This document shows positions 1 through 9,515 of a stretch of DNA of 32,000 bases, in pieces (position 1 is the first letter of the stretch; the number at the start of each line of letters is the position of its first letter). A program made the position numbers and the translations under genes. The stretch comes from Desulfovibrio sp. (GTDB lineage: Bacteria; Desulfobacterota; Desulfovibrionia; Desulfovibrionales; Desulfovibrionaceae). A model generated the notes under the pieces. That model saw only the letters and a list, made by a program, of their open reading frames with translations. It searched no databases and was not told the origin of the DNA. The stretch is from positions 1,584-33,583 of the forward strand of contig NZ_JAGZUV010000003.1 of NCBI RefSeq assembly GCF_018379785.1. The letters are read 5' to 3'.

Positions 1-1
1 C

Positions 2-334
2 GAAAAGCTCGGCGCCCCGGTCTATCAGCGTCTGGACGCGCCCGCCGACGACCGCACCCGTACGCTGCTCAAAGCTTTGACGCCGGAAAGCGTGCATCTG
101 AAAACCTTGGGGGGCTCGCCGGTGACCCGTGTGCTGACCCGCGCGCCCGGCAATGACGCGCCCATCGGCGGTGTCAAAGTCAGCAGCGAAGACGGCTGGT
201 TTGCCGTGCGCCCTTCTGGTACGGAAGCCATCTGCAAGGTTTATACTGAAAGTTTCAAAGGCGAAGCCCAGCTCTGCGCCCTGCAAAAGGACGCCATCGA
301 CTTTTTGGAACGCCTGCTGAAAAAGGAAGGGTAG
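2..334 (+). CDS. pgm: Phosphoglucomutase, C-terminal part (5' truncated by window edge)
   Basis: Frame open from base 2; ...GGSPVTRVLTRAPGNDAPIGGVKVSSEDGWFAVRPSGTEAICKVYTESFKG matches the C-terminal domain of Pgm with the RPSGTE phosphate-binding loop. Confidence 0.93.
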   Translation, partial: EKLGAPVYQRLDAPADDRTRTLLKALTPESVHLKTLGGSPVTRVLTRAPGNDAPIGGVKVSSEDGWFAVRPSGTEAICKVYTESFKGEAQLCALQKDAIDFLERLLKKEG

Positions 335-337
335 GGC

Positions 338-683
338 ATGGTGAAAAACGGGGGCGGGCGGGTCTGCCACAGCAACTTGCGTATCGGGATGTTTCCGCGC
401 GTTTTGTGGGCCGCTGTCTGCGCCTTTTTCTGCATCATGGGCCTGAATCCGGAATGCATTCCACGATCCGCAATACCAGTGGCTGTTCGGCAGTGAGGCT
501 GTCAGCGGCCTGCCGTGGTATCATTCGCGTGCGGCCTATGTGAGCTGCATGGCCGGAGAGGTTCTCTGGTATCTCGTGGGGATGGGACTGAGCTTCAGTG
601 CCAAGAGGCCGCGCCTTTTCCATATCCATCTGGTCCTCTCGGCGCTTTGGGTCATCGGCATTGCGCAATGCGTCCGACAATAG
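338..683 (+). pseudogene. Small predicted membrane protein, apparently split by a single frameshift near 440-450
   Basis: Frame from ATG 338 (MVKNGGGRVCHSNLRIGMFPRVLWAAVCAFFCIMGLNPE...) continues plausibly in another frame (NAFHDPQYQWLFGSEAVSGLPWYHSRAAYVSCMAGEVLWYLVGMGLSFSAKRPRLFHIHLVLSALWVIGIAQCVRQ*) ending at 683; three hydrophobic segments in total. Confidence 0.35.
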
Positions 684-791
684 GGCAATTGACGCATTGC
701 ATGCGCGAACTGCCCTGCAAGGATTTACTACAGAAAATCCTTGCCGCGCGAAATGCGGGCAGGCGGCCTTTGCCCGCCGTAAACGAGCATT

Positions 792-1763
792 TCAAGTATT
801 AAATTGCCCTGGAGCAGGGCGTTGGACGTGGGACGGCAAGCCGACGCTTTGCCTGAGACCGGCCACTTCTCCGGGGGTCAATGCCCTGGCAGCGCCCGGT
901 TTAAGGCCGCCCAAAGCCAACGGCCCTTGGGCCACGCGGCGCAGGCGCAGAATAGTCAGGCCCAGATCCCGGCACATGCGCCGTATCTGTCGGTTGACGC
1001 CCTGGCGCAATACCATGCGCAACAGGGCATTGCCGTTCTCAGCTGTTTTTGCTTCCACATCCACCGGCAGCAAAGCTTGGCCTTCGTCCAGGCGCATGCC
1101 CCGGCGCATGACCGCCAAAGCCGTTTCCGGCACAGATCCGCGAATCAGCACTTCATAGGTCTTGGGCTGGTGATGCCGGGGATGAGTAAGCCGCTGGGCC
1201 AGTTCGCCGTCATTGGTCAACAGCAGCAGACCTTCTGAAAAATAATCCAGGCGGCCCACGGGATAGAGCCGCAGATGCCGCGCCTCGGGCGGCAGATATG
1301 CCATGACCGTGGGCCGTCCCTCGGGATCATTAACCGTGCAGACGGTCTGTACGGGCTTGTGCAGCAACAGATAGTAATATTCCTGAGCGGCGGAGAGCTC
1401 CCGGCCGTTGACCGCGATGCGATCACCGGGCAGCACATGCCGGGCCGGATTTTCCTCCAGAGCCCCGTTGACCTGTACCTGACCCGCAAGAATAAGCTCG
1501 TCGGCCTTACGCCGCGAGCACAGACCGGCGGCGGCAATGGCCTTGTTCAGGCGCACGCCGTTTGTCGCGTTGTCCTGGACTGGACTTTCCGGCGGCGTGT
1601 TTGCGGCACGGCAAACATCAGCAGCCTTGTCGGCTGCATGCGTGCGCTGCGCCTGTGACGGGCGCCGTGTGGATGCGACGGTGTGAGGCCTTGATTTTCC
1701 GGGCATGAAGAGCTCCTGCGGGCTGTGTGCGGGCATCGTGCTGGAAGAGAGGGGCCGCGTCAA
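792..1763 (-). CDS. rluB: RsuA/RluB-family pseudouridine synthase with basic N-terminal extension
   Basis: S4 domain (RLNKAIAAAGLCSRRKADELILAGQVQVNG), GRLDYFSEGLLLLTNDGELAQRLTHP catalytic motif, and RQIRRMCRDLG. Start may be the internal Met (MPGKS...). Confidence 0.88.
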   Translation of the reverse strand: MTRPLSSSTMPAHSPQELFMPGKSRPHTVASTRRPSQAQRTHAADKAADVCRAANTPPESPVQDNATNGVRLNKAIAAAGLCSRRKADELILAGQVQVNGALEENPARHVLPGDRIAVNGRELSAAQEYYYLLLHKPVQTVCTVNDPEGRPTVMAYLPPEARHLRLYPVGRLDYFSEGLLLLTNDGELAQRLTHPRHHQPKTYEVLIRGSVPETALAVMRRGMRLDEGQALLPVDVEAKTAENGNALLRMVLRQGVNRQIRRMCRDLGLTILRLRRVAQGPLALGGLKPGAARALTPGEVAGLRQSVGLPSHVQRPAPGQFNT

Positions 1764-1993
1764 GCGGGTTCCCTGATTCGCCGCTTGGGAATCAAAAGTT
1801 TACATAATTATCATTATGGGACATTTATCTCCATCCATGCCGCTCCCGGGAAGGGCTCTCTCGTCTCCGCTTCATTTGAAGGTGCAGATCGCTTGCATCC
1901 GCACCGCCGGGATATTCGGACCGGGACTTGCCGACAAGGCGGCTCTGACGTACAATACAAACCGGTCTTGCGTTCCAATCCCAAGGAGTTTTC

Positions 1994-2617
1994 ATGGGCT
2001 TTGCCAACAGCACCTGCAGTTTTACCCGGTTCCGTATTCTGGACCCCGTGTCCTCCGAGCTCTGGCAACAGATCCCGGACAAGCTCAAGCAATTCGCCTT
2101 TCGCGACATTGACGACATCCCCGAAATGCAGGCTCAGGGCTGGGTCAGTTTTGAGGATATGCTGGATTCGGAATGGGCCGCCGCACCGCCCCAGAAAGGA
2201 GCCTATATCGTCTTTTCCCTGCGCCTGGACACGCGGCGCATCCCGGCGGGCGTGGTGAAAAAGCATCTGGCCCTGGCCCTGCGCCAGGAGAAAGAGCGTA
2301 TGCGCGAACAGAACAAGACCTTTATCTCCCGTGAGCGCAAAAAAGAGCTTAAAGAACAGGTCATGCTGCGCCTGCGTCAGCGTTTTCTGCCGGTGCCGGG
2401 TGAATTTAACGTGCTCTGGGCCACGGACAAAAATGAAGTCTGGTTCGCCTCAACCCAGAACAAGATGATCGACCTCTTCATGGAGGAATTCCTGAAAACC
2501 TTTGAGTTGCATCTGGAACAACTGACGCCGTATAACCTGGCGGCCGCCATGCTGGACGAGGAAAACCTCATCCGTCTGGATCAGCTTGAAGCAACCCAAT
2601 TCGCGCCGCTTGCCTAG
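1994..2617 (+). CDS. rdgC: RdgC-like recombination-associated protein
   Basis: MGFANSTCSFTRFRILDPVSSELWQQIPDKLKQFAFRDIDDIPEMQAQGWVSFEDMLD resembles RdgC-family proteins; full-length ORF. Confidence 0.65.
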   Translation: MGFANSTCSFTRFRILDPVSSELWQQIPDKLKQFAFRDIDDIPEMQAQGWVSFEDMLDSEWAAAPPQKGAYIVFSLRLDTRRIPAGVVKKHLALALRQEKERMREQNKTFISRERKKELKEQVMLRLRQRFLPVPGEFNVLWATDKNEVWFASTQNKMIDLFMEEFLKTFELHLEQLTPYNLAAAMLDEENLIRLDQLEATQFAPLA

Positions 2618-2633
2618 CAGGGAGACCTCTATA

Positions 2634-3113
2634 ATGAATATGCCCATTTCCGGCGAATCCACCGACAGCATTCTGGGGCAGGAATTTCTGACCTGGCTCT
2701 GGTACCAGAGCGACACCGCGCCCGGCGCCTTCACGGACAGCGAAGGCGCGCCTTTTGCTGTTTCCATGGAGCAGCGCATCGTAGTCCAGGGTGGTGAAGG
2801 CGAAGCCAAGGAAACCGCCTCGGTTTCCGGTTCGCTTTCGCCCCTGCGCGAGGCGCGCTTTGGTTTGGGCACGGGCAAGAAGGTCAGCCGGGCGCTGATC
2901 CGTCTGGAAAAAGAAGAACTGGCTTTTCAGCTCACACTCAAGGCCGAGGATTTCGGCCTGGGCAGCCTCAAGACGCCCAAACTGGACAAGGGCGACAGCG
3001 ATGACGACCCCGACGCGCTGCTGCTGGAAAAATTTTATCTGATGGAGGTCTGCGTCGGCCTGCTGGACTCCCTGTATGCCCGCTTTCTCAAGCTGCGCCT
3101 TTCGCCGGAGTAG
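2634..3113 (+). CDS. Conserved hypothetical protein downstream of rdgC-like gene
   Basis: ORF MNMPISGESTDSILGQEFLTWLWYQSDTAPGAF...; preceded by agggag Shine-Dalgarno; likely start at 2634 rather than upstream 2586. Confidence 0.7.
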   Translation: MNMPISGESTDSILGQEFLTWLWYQSDTAPGAFTDSEGAPFAVSMEQRIVVQGGEGEAKETASVSGSLSPLREARFGLGTGKKVSRALIRLEKEELAFQLTLKAEDFGLGSLKTPKLDKGDSDDDPDALLLEKFYLMEVCVGLLDSLYARFLKLRLSPE

Positions 3114-3177
3114 CACAAGGAAGTGGCGGATATGCGCCAGTGGCTGACGCGGACGGAGTAAGCCCCCTTTCCCTCCC

Positions 3178-4215
3178 ATGAGTCAGTCCCCCTCCCCTGC
3201 CCGCAGCCGTCGGGACCGCATCGCGGCCATTGCCCTGAGAGCCGCCAGAAAAACCCTCTGGATGTTGCTGGTGCTCTGGGGCATCACCCTGATCTCCTTC
3301 TGGGTCATCCATCTGGCTCCCGGATCGCCGACGGACATGGAAACCACCTTGAACCCCCTGGCGGGCGAAGCGGCGCGCCAACGGCTGGAAGCGCTCTACG
3401 GCCTGGATCGCCCCCTCTATGTGCAGTACGGGGACTGGTTGCTGCGTCTGCTGCATTTTGATTTCGGCAATTCCATGTCCGCGGACGCGCGGCCCGTGCT
3501 GGACAAAATTCTGGAGCGCTTGCCCCTGACCGTGTCCATGAATGTGATTTCCCTGGTGCTGACCCTGATCATCGCCATTCCCGTGGGCATCCTCTCGGCC
3601 TGCAAGCGTAACTCCTTGCTGGACCGCAGCGTGACCGTGCTGGTCTTTCTGGGTTTCGCCATGCCCTCCTTCTGGCTGGCCCTGCTGCTGATGATGTTCT
3701 TCGGCATAGATCTTCAGTGGCTGCCCATTTCCGGCCTGACGTCGATGGATTACGCCGGACTGAGCCCATGGGGGAAGCTCTGTGATCTGGCCCGGCATCT
3801 GGCGCTGCCCATTCTGGTCTACACCATCGGCGGCCTGGCCGGCATGTCGCGCTATATGCGCGCCTGCATGCTGGAAGTGCTGCGCCAGGATTACATCCTC
3901 ACGGCCAAGGCCAAAGGTTTGCCGCTGAGCCTGATTATCCGGCGGCACGCCCTGCGCAACGCCCTGCTGCCGGTCATCACCCTGCTGGGCCTTTCCGTGC
4001 CGGGGCTCATCGGCGGCAGTGTGATCATTGAATCCATTTTCGCCCTGCCCGGCCTGGGACAGCTCTTTTACTCGGCGGTCATGGCCCGCGACTATACCAT
4101 GATCATGGGCAATCTGGTGCTGGGCGCAGTGCTCACCCTGGCCGGCAATCTGCTGGCCGACGTCTGTTACAGCCTGGCCGACCCGCGAATCCGCGCCTCC
4201 GGGGAGCAGAACTGA
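3178..4215 (+). CDS. dppB: Dipeptide/oligopeptide ABC transporter permease (DppB/OppB type)
   Basis: Hydrophobic; N-terminal [19 protein letters not shown] and EAA loop ([45 protein letters not shown]). Confidence 0.9.
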   Translation: MSQSPSPARSRRDRIAAIALRAARKTLWMLLVLWGITLISFWVIHLAPGSPTDMETTLNPLAGEAARQRLEALYGLDRPLYVQYGDWLLRLLHFDFGNSMSADARPVLDKILERLPLTVSMNVISLVLTLIIAIPVGILSACKRNSLLDRSVTVLVFLGFAMPSFWLALLLMMFFGIDLQWLPISGLTSMDYAGLSPWGKLCDLARHLALPILVYTIGGLAGMSRYMRACMLEVLRQDYILTAKAKGLPLSLIIRRHALRNALLPVITLLGLSVPGLIGGSVIIESIFALPGLGQLFYSAVMARDYTMIMGNLVLGAVLTLAGNLLADVCYSLADPRIRASGEQN

Positions 4216-5051
4216 TGCTGCCCGCCGCCGTAAAGCGCTTGCTCGGGCGCAACCTCATGCTTACCCTGGGCCTGGGCATTGTGCTGTTCATGTCTCTGGC
4301 GGCCCTCTGCGCCCCGCTGATCGCGCCCTATCCGCCCACGGCCCAGCATCTGGACAACATTCTGGAACCGCCCTCCTCCCGTTTCTGGCTGGGCACCGAC
4401 CGTCTGGGGCGGGATGTCTTTTCCCGTTTGCTCTACGGGGGGCGCGTGTCCCTCTGGGTGGGCTTTGTGGCCGTGGGCATCTCCATCAGCATCGGTACGG
4501 TACTGGGTCTGATCAGCGGCTATTTCCGGCGTTGGGTGGATGAAGCCATCATGCGCCTGGTGGACATCATGCTCTGCTTCCCCTCCTTTTTCCTGATCCT
4601 GGCGGTCATTGCCTTTCTGGAGCCCGACCTTACCAATATCATGGTGGTCATCGGCCTGACCTCCTGGATGGGCGTAACCCGCCTGGTGCGCGCTGAAGCC
4701 CTCAGTCTGCGCGAGCGCGAATTCGTGGCCGCCGCCCGCCTTGCGGGCAGCCCCACCCGGCGGATTTTATTCCGCCATATCCTGCCCAACGCCCTCGCGC
4801 CGGTGCTGATCACCGCTACTCTGGGCGTGGCCGGGGCCATTCTGGTGGAGTCGAGCCTGAGTTTTCTGGGATTGGGCGTACAGCCGCCCACGGCCAGCTG
4901 GGGCAATATGCTCATGGAAGGCAAAACCGTCATTGAAAACGCGCCCTGGCTCTCGGTCTATCCGGGCCTGGCCATTCTGATCACAGTACTCGGTTATAAT
5001 CTTCTGGGTGAAAGCCTGCGCGACCTGCTGGACCCGCGTCTCAAGCAATAG
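4215..5051 (+). CDS. dppC: Dipeptide/oligopeptide ABC transporter permease (DppC/OppC type)
   Basis: Overlaps dppB stop; ...RLVRAEALSLREREFVAAARLAGSPTRRILFRHILPNALAPVLI... ESSLSFLGLGVQPPTASWGNML. Confidence 0.9.
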   Translation: MLPAAVKRLLGRNLMLTLGLGIVLFMSLAALCAPLIAPYPPTAQHLDNILEPPSSRFWLGTDRLGRDVFSRLLYGGRVSLWVGFVAVGISISIGTVLGLISGYFRRWVDEAIMRLVDIMLCFPSFFLILAVIAFLEPDLTNIMVVIGLTSWMGVTRLVRAEALSLREREFVAAARLAGSPTRRILFRHILPNALAPVLITATLGVAGAILVESSLSFLGLGVQPPTASWGNMLMEGKTVIENAPWLSVYPGLAILITVLGYNLLGESLRDLLDPRLKQ

Positions 5052-5160
5052 CTCTTTTGCCTTGGACAGCCTGTTTTGTTAGTATGAATGCGGCGGCATA
5101 GGTCTGTGCGGCCTGAAGAGCGGCATATCTTTAATCTATCGCTTGAAGTTGTAAGCAACT

Positions 5161-6756
5161 ATGCTGGAATATCTGCGCATCCGCAATCTGGCCCTGATCG
5201 AAGATATGGAGCTGGACTTTTCACCGGGCATGAACGTGCTTACCGGCGAAACCGGCGCGGGTAAAAGTTTTATCCTCAAGGCTCTGGGCTTTCTGCTGGG
5301 CGACAGGCTGAGCGCCGAAATGGTGCGCCCCGGCGCGCAACGGGCCCAGGTGGAGGCCCTGTTCACCCTTGGCGATCAGGATCTGGTATTGCGGCGTGAA
5401 CTGCTGGCCGAGAGCGGCCGCAGCCGCTTATACATCAACGACGCCCTGAGTTCGCAGGAAAGCCTGCGTGATCTGCGCGCGCGTCTGGTGGCGCACACCA
5501 GCCAGCACGGCCAGCAGCAACTTTTGCAGCCCGCTTTTCAGGCCAAACTGATGGAGAGCGCCTTTCCCCGGCCTGAACTCCTGGAGGAGCGTGACGCCCT
5601 GCTCCGCCAGTTGCAGGAGGTTTCAGCCCGGCGCAATGTCCTGTCGGCAAAACAGGCCAGCCTGGCCGACAGACGTGACTTGCTGGAAATGCAGCAACAG
5701 GAGATAGATAAAGTATCGCCTGAAGAAGGCGAGGAAGAACATCTTGAAGAGCTGCGTGCTCAAGTCCGCGCGCAGGAGCATTTGCGGGAGAATTATGAAA
5801 ACGCCCTGACTCTGCTGCACGGGGAGGACGGGCCGGGCCTGCTGGATATGCTCGGGCGCTTTGAACGCCTCATCCATACCATGAGCCGGGACGACGCGGT
5901 TCTGGCGCCGGAGGCCGAGGCTGTTGCCGCTCTGCGTCAGCAATTGGTGCACCTGGGCAATCATTTGCGCCGCCCTCCCCTGCCCGATGAGGAAATGGAC
6001 ATGGACAAGGTGGAGGAACGCCTCTTTGCTTTGGCCCAGCTTAAGCGCAAGCTGCGGCGCAGCCTGCCGGAAATCCTTGCCCTGCGCGGAGAAATCGAAG
6101 AGAACCTCTCTTTTCTGGACGTCTGTGCGCTGGACCTCTCGCGCCTTGCCAAGGAAGAAGCCGCGCTGGCGGAAAAACTGGCGGCCGTGGTGGAACGTAT
6201 CCGGCCTGTACGCCGGGAAGCCGCAAGCTCTTTTGCCCATAACCTGGAAGACCAGTTGCGCGATCTGGGCTTTTCCGAACAGGTGCGGGTGATTCCCGAT
6301 TTTGTGCCGCAGGAACTCTGGCCGGGCGTCGCGGATGAACGGGTACGCATTCTCTGGGCCCCCAATCCGGGCCAGCCTCCACAGCCCTTGGACCGCATCG
6401 CTTCGGGCGGCGAACTGTCACGCTTTTTGCTGGCCCTCACCAGCGTGCGCCGGGACGCGGAAAGCGCCACATATATCTTTGATGAGGTGGACGCCGGTGT
6501 GGGCGGCCTGACCTTGAACAAGCTGGCGGAAAAGCTCAATGCCCTGGCCGAACAGCGCCAGATGTTGCTGATCACCCACTGGCCCCAACTGGCCGCGCGG
6601 GCGCGCAAACATTTTCAGATCAGTAAAGTGGTCCGCGAGGATGCCACCTTTACGCTTTGCTCGCCGCTTGACGGCCCGGCCCGGCATGAGGAATTGGCCC
6701 GGATGGCGGGCGGCGGCCCTCAGGGTGAAGCCCTGGCGCGCAGTTTGGAAGCCTGA
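5161..6756 (+). CDS. recN: DNA repair protein RecN
   Basis: MLEYLRIRNLALIEDMELDFSPGMNVLTGETGAGKSFILKAL Walker A; RIASGGELSRFLLALTSV signature; IFDEVDAGVGG Walker B. Confidence 0.96.
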   Translation: MLEYLRIRNLALIEDMELDFSPGMNVLTGETGAGKSFILKALGFLLGDRLSAEMVRPGAQRAQVEALFTLGDQDLVLRRELLAESGRSRLYINDALSSQESLRDLRARLVAHTSQHGQQQLLQPAFQAKLMESAFPRPELLEERDALLRQLQEVSARRNVLSAKQASLADRRDLLEMQQQEIDKVSPEEGEEEHLEELRAQVRAQEHLRENYENALTLLHGEDGPGLLDMLGRFERLIHTMSRDDAVLAPEAEAVAALRQQLVHLGNHLRRPPLPDEEMDMDKVEERLFALAQLKRKLRRSLPEILALRGEIEENLSFLDVCALDLSRLAKEEAALAEKLAAVVERIRPVRREAASSFAHNLEDQLRDLGFSEQVRVIPDFVPQELWPGVADERVRILWAPNPGQPPQPLDRIASGGELSRFLLALTSVRRDAESATYIFDEVDAGVGGLTLNKLAEKLNALAEQRQMLLITHWPQLAARARKHFQISKVVREDATFTLCSPLDGPARHEELARMAGGGPQGEALARSLEA

Positions 6757-7123
6757 TTCCGCTGTTCCACTGCTTTTCTTTTTCGCTCCCTTCCCCACAC
6801 ACAGCCACTGGCAAATTTTGCCGCACTGCCGGTCTTCCGTCGCTCTCGGACTGAAATCTCCCGTGGAAAAGTCGTCAAAAACGCGCCGTCGGAACCGGGA
6901 ACGCATACGGCATAGCCCTGCTTTTCCCATAGGCTGGGCCGCCTCTCTTAAATTTCTCTAGACTTTTAAGGGCGATGGAAAGCTCAAGCCGTGCTGGCAC
7001 CTATTTTGCTTAAGTGCGGGGTAAGCAGACGCAAGGGAAAAAATAGCCGTGGATGTTCGTGCAAACAGCCGGGGACATCCAAGAGCATTGTATGCCGGAG
7101 AAATCACTCCACTGGAGGAGTTC

Positions 7124-7663
7124 GTGAATACCGACAGTCAGAACCACCTCACCAGCATGGTCCATATGCAGTCCGGCGTTTCCGCCTCGGTTGCGGCGGC
7201 TGTGGAGTCCGATTCCGGCGATGTTGCGCCGCTGTCGCTGGGGGGCAGAGCATCCCACGCCCTGCAAAGCCTGAGCCGGGATGGCCGTGAACTTTCGCAA
7301 GCCCTGGAGGCGCATTTGGACAGCCTGCAGGAATCATTCATGGCCCTGTTGCACGGGCAACTGGACGCCGGGAAGCTGGAGCTGGAAGAACGCCTGCATC
7401 TTTACCTCTCGCCGGAGGGCCGCCTGGTGGTTGAAGGCAGCGACAACGATGCGGAAAAAGTCTGTGAACTCATTTCCCGCAAGCCCGCCTTGCAACGCCG
7501 CTTTCAGGAACTGGCCCGGCTGGCCCTGCTCTCGCATGGCGTGGAAGTGGCCTGTCAGGCCCACACCGCCTTGCGGGAACCGGAACAGGAGGCCGACAAC
7601 CCCTTGTTCAGCCGCTATCATATGTGTCTCAAGGGCCCGCTTTCGCATTTTTATGTCCGCTGA
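7124..7663 (+). CDS. Hypothetical protein
   Basis: ORF open from 7049 in track; GTG at 7124 is preceded by GGAGGA at good spacing, making it the more likely start. Confidence 0.6.
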   Translation: MNTDSQNHLTSMVHMQSGVSASVAAAVESDSGDVAPLSLGGRASHALQSLSRDGRELSQALEAHLDSLQESFMALLHGQLDAGKLELEERLHLYLSPEGRLVVEGSDNDAEKVCELISRKPALQRRFQELARLALLSHGVEVACQAHTALREPEQEADNPLFSRYHMCLKGPLSHFYVR

Positions 7664-7712
7664 GCTTGCCAAGCGAGCGCAAGCGGCTTATTCTATTTAC
7701 CTACCCGAATAT

Positions 7713-8091
7713 GGGGGCGCACTGGTTTCGACGTGGATGTGGAAGCCGGAGCGGCAGGCCGAGGCGCCGCTGGCCTCGTAAAAAAGCGGCAACACAGTAA
7801 TTGCCAACAACGATTACGACTACGCTTACGCTGCCTAGTCAGCGAGGCAACTGACCGCATAGCCGGTCGCGCTGCTCGGGACCACGCCTGATAATCCCGA
7901 GCGGCGACATTTATCAGGCTGGCGGAAACCGGCGCTCGCCGGGGTTTTCCGTGAGACTGTCACCGGCGGGCTTGCCGCGTTGCGCTTGGTCAGGGGCCAC
8001 CAGCGCGGCGAGATTTAATCCTGGCCTAAGCCTGTAGATGCTTCGCGTGGAGTATTCGCGGACGGGGGTTCGATTCCCCCCGCCTCCACCA
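7713..8091 (+). ncRNA. ssrA: Transfer-messenger RNA (tmRNA), tag peptide (A)ANNDYDYAYAA
   Basis: 5' GGGGGCGcactggtttcgacg pairs with 3' CGCCTCC-ACCA; T-arm ggggttcgattcccccc; tag ORF gccaacaacgattacgactacgcttacgctgcctag at 7803-7838. Confidence 0.96.
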
Positions 8092-8127
8092 TTATAAACT
8101 TTTTTTACTGTCCAAGTCAGTCCAAAG

Positions 8128-8170
8128 AAGGCCGTAAATCCTAATAACACAAAGGATTTATGGCCTTTTT
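8128..8170 (+). terminator. Intrinsic terminator just after ssrA, on the element side
   Basis: GGCCGTAAATCC (8130-8141) / GGATTTATGGCC (8154-8165), 12-bp stem with one G.U wobble, followed by TTTTT. Confidence 0.7.
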
Positions 8171-8215
8171 GGTGTCCTTGGAAGTCCGTGAACATCCGTT
8201 GTCATCAAACACGAA

Positions 8216-8453
8216 TGGGGGTAAAAATGGGGGTAAATTGAAAGCGCGAGAAAGTTTTACCCCCAACTTCGGAGGCCATTATGCCCTTGTCAGACGCCAA
8301 AATCCGGGCTTTACCCCCAACAGATAAAAATCTGAAACTTTTTGACGGCGGCGGATTGTATCTTGCCGTCTCCCCTGCTGGCGGGAAAACATGGAGGCTC
8401 AAGTACCGCTTTGGGGGTAAAGAACAAACACTGACCATAGGACGTTACCCCCA
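8216..8453. repeat. Iterated 10-bp motif TTTACCCCCA / TGGGGGTAAA, six copies in both orientations
   Basis: TGGGGGTAAA at 8216-8225, 8228-8237, 8412-8421; TTTACCCCCA at 8256-8265, 8310-8319; GTTACCCCCA at 8444-8453. Confidence 0.75.
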
Positions 8454-9486
8454 GATTGGCTTGAAAGAGGCGCGGGAGAAAGCGCAGAAGGCGAAAGCAT
8501 CCCTTGAGCAAGGGATTGACCCCGGCCAGATGAAGAAAGCCGTGGCGGCAGCCCAGACAGGCGGCGGGGATTCTTTCGAGGCCATTGCCCGTGAATGGTT
8601 CGAGCGCAATAAAAGCAAGTGGACGCCCAAGCACGGGGAACGAGTGCTGTTACGCCTTGAGCAGAATATGTTCCCATATATCGGTAAAATTCATATCGGC
8701 ATTCTGACCGCGCCTCAAATCCTGTTGCCGCTCCGCAAAATTGAGGAGCGCGGCGCGATTGAAACGGCGCATCGCGTTCTTCAGGAGTGCGGTTGCGTAT
8801 GCCGGTACGCCGTGGCCACCGGACGGGCCGAGCGAGACGCCACGGCCGACCTCAAAGGCGCGTTGGCCCCGGCCATATCAAAAAACATGCCCGCCATCGT
8901 CACCCCCTCCGAAGTCGGGGGGCTCCTCCGCTCTCTGGAAGGCTATACGGGTTCCGAAGTCGTCAAAGCCGCCCTTCGTCTTGCCCCTCTCGTATTTGTG
9001 CGGCCCGGAGAACTCAGGCAAGCGGAATGGACGGAGTTTGACCTTGCCGGGAAGATTTGGATAATCCCCCCCGAAAAAATGAAAATGCGGCGGGAACATC
9101 GTGTTCCCCTTGCCAGCCAGAGTATGAGCATTCTTGAAGCCTTGTTTCCTCTCACTGGACGCGGCCGCTTCCTCTTTCCGAGCATGAGAAGCGCGGCCCG
9201 TCCCATGTCGGACAACACGGTCAACGCCGCTCTCCGCCGTTTGGGCTATGCTCAGGGCGAAATGTGCGGACACGGTTTTCGGGCTATGGCCTCGACGCTT
9301 CTCAATGAACGCGGGTGGGCTCCTGATGTTATAGAAGCCCAATTGGCTCATGTGGATGGAAACAGCGTTCGCCGCGCGTATAATCGCGCACTGTATTGGG
9401 AAGAGCGTGTGAAAATGATGCAGGAATGGGCGGATTATCTGGATGAATTGCGGGAAAACACTGGGGCACAGGACAGTAACAGATAA
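8281..9486 (+). CDS. int: P4-type tyrosine recombinase / integrase
   Basis: DUF4102-type N-terminus (LSDAKIRALPPTDKNLKLFDGGGLYLAVSPAGGKTWRLKYRFGGKEQTLTIGRYP), and C-terminal GHGFRAMASTLLNERGWAPDVIEAQLAH...YNRALYWEER. Confidence 0.95.
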   Translation: MPLSDAKIRALPPTDKNLKLFDGGGLYLAVSPAGGKTWRLKYRFGGKEQTLTIGRYPQIGLKEAREKAQKAKASLEQGIDPGQMKKAVAAAQTGGGDSFEAIAREWFERNKSKWTPKHGERVLLRLEQNMFPYIGKIHIGILTAPQILLPLRKIEERGAIETAHRVLQECGCVCRYAVATGRAERDATADLKGALAPAISKNMPAIVTPSEVGGLLRSLEGYTGSEVVKAALRLAPLVFVRPGELRQAEWTEFDLAGKIWIIPPEKMKMRREHRVPLASQSMSILEALFPLTGRGRFLFPSMRSAARPMSDNTVNAALRRLGYAQGEMCGHGFRAMASTLLNERGWAPDVIEAQLAHVDGNSVRRAYNRALYWEERVKMMQEWADYLDELRENTGAQDSNR

Positions 9487-9515
9487 AAATCGTCATATAG
9501 ACTATAAAAAAATGT

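Noticed and set aside
1725-2258. 177-aa plus-strand ORF overlapping rluB start and rdgC-like gene
   Set aside because: Runs through the divergent intergenic region and the out-of-frame start of the supported RdgC-like CDS; composition not protein-like.
3088-3948. 286-aa minus-strand ORF opposite dppB
   Set aside because: Low-complexity Gln/His/Gly-rich translation antisense to a clear permease; typical GC-rich shadow ORF.
5623-6240. 205-aa minus-strand ORF opposite recN
   Set aside because: Antisense to strongly conserved RecN; no recognisable motifs.
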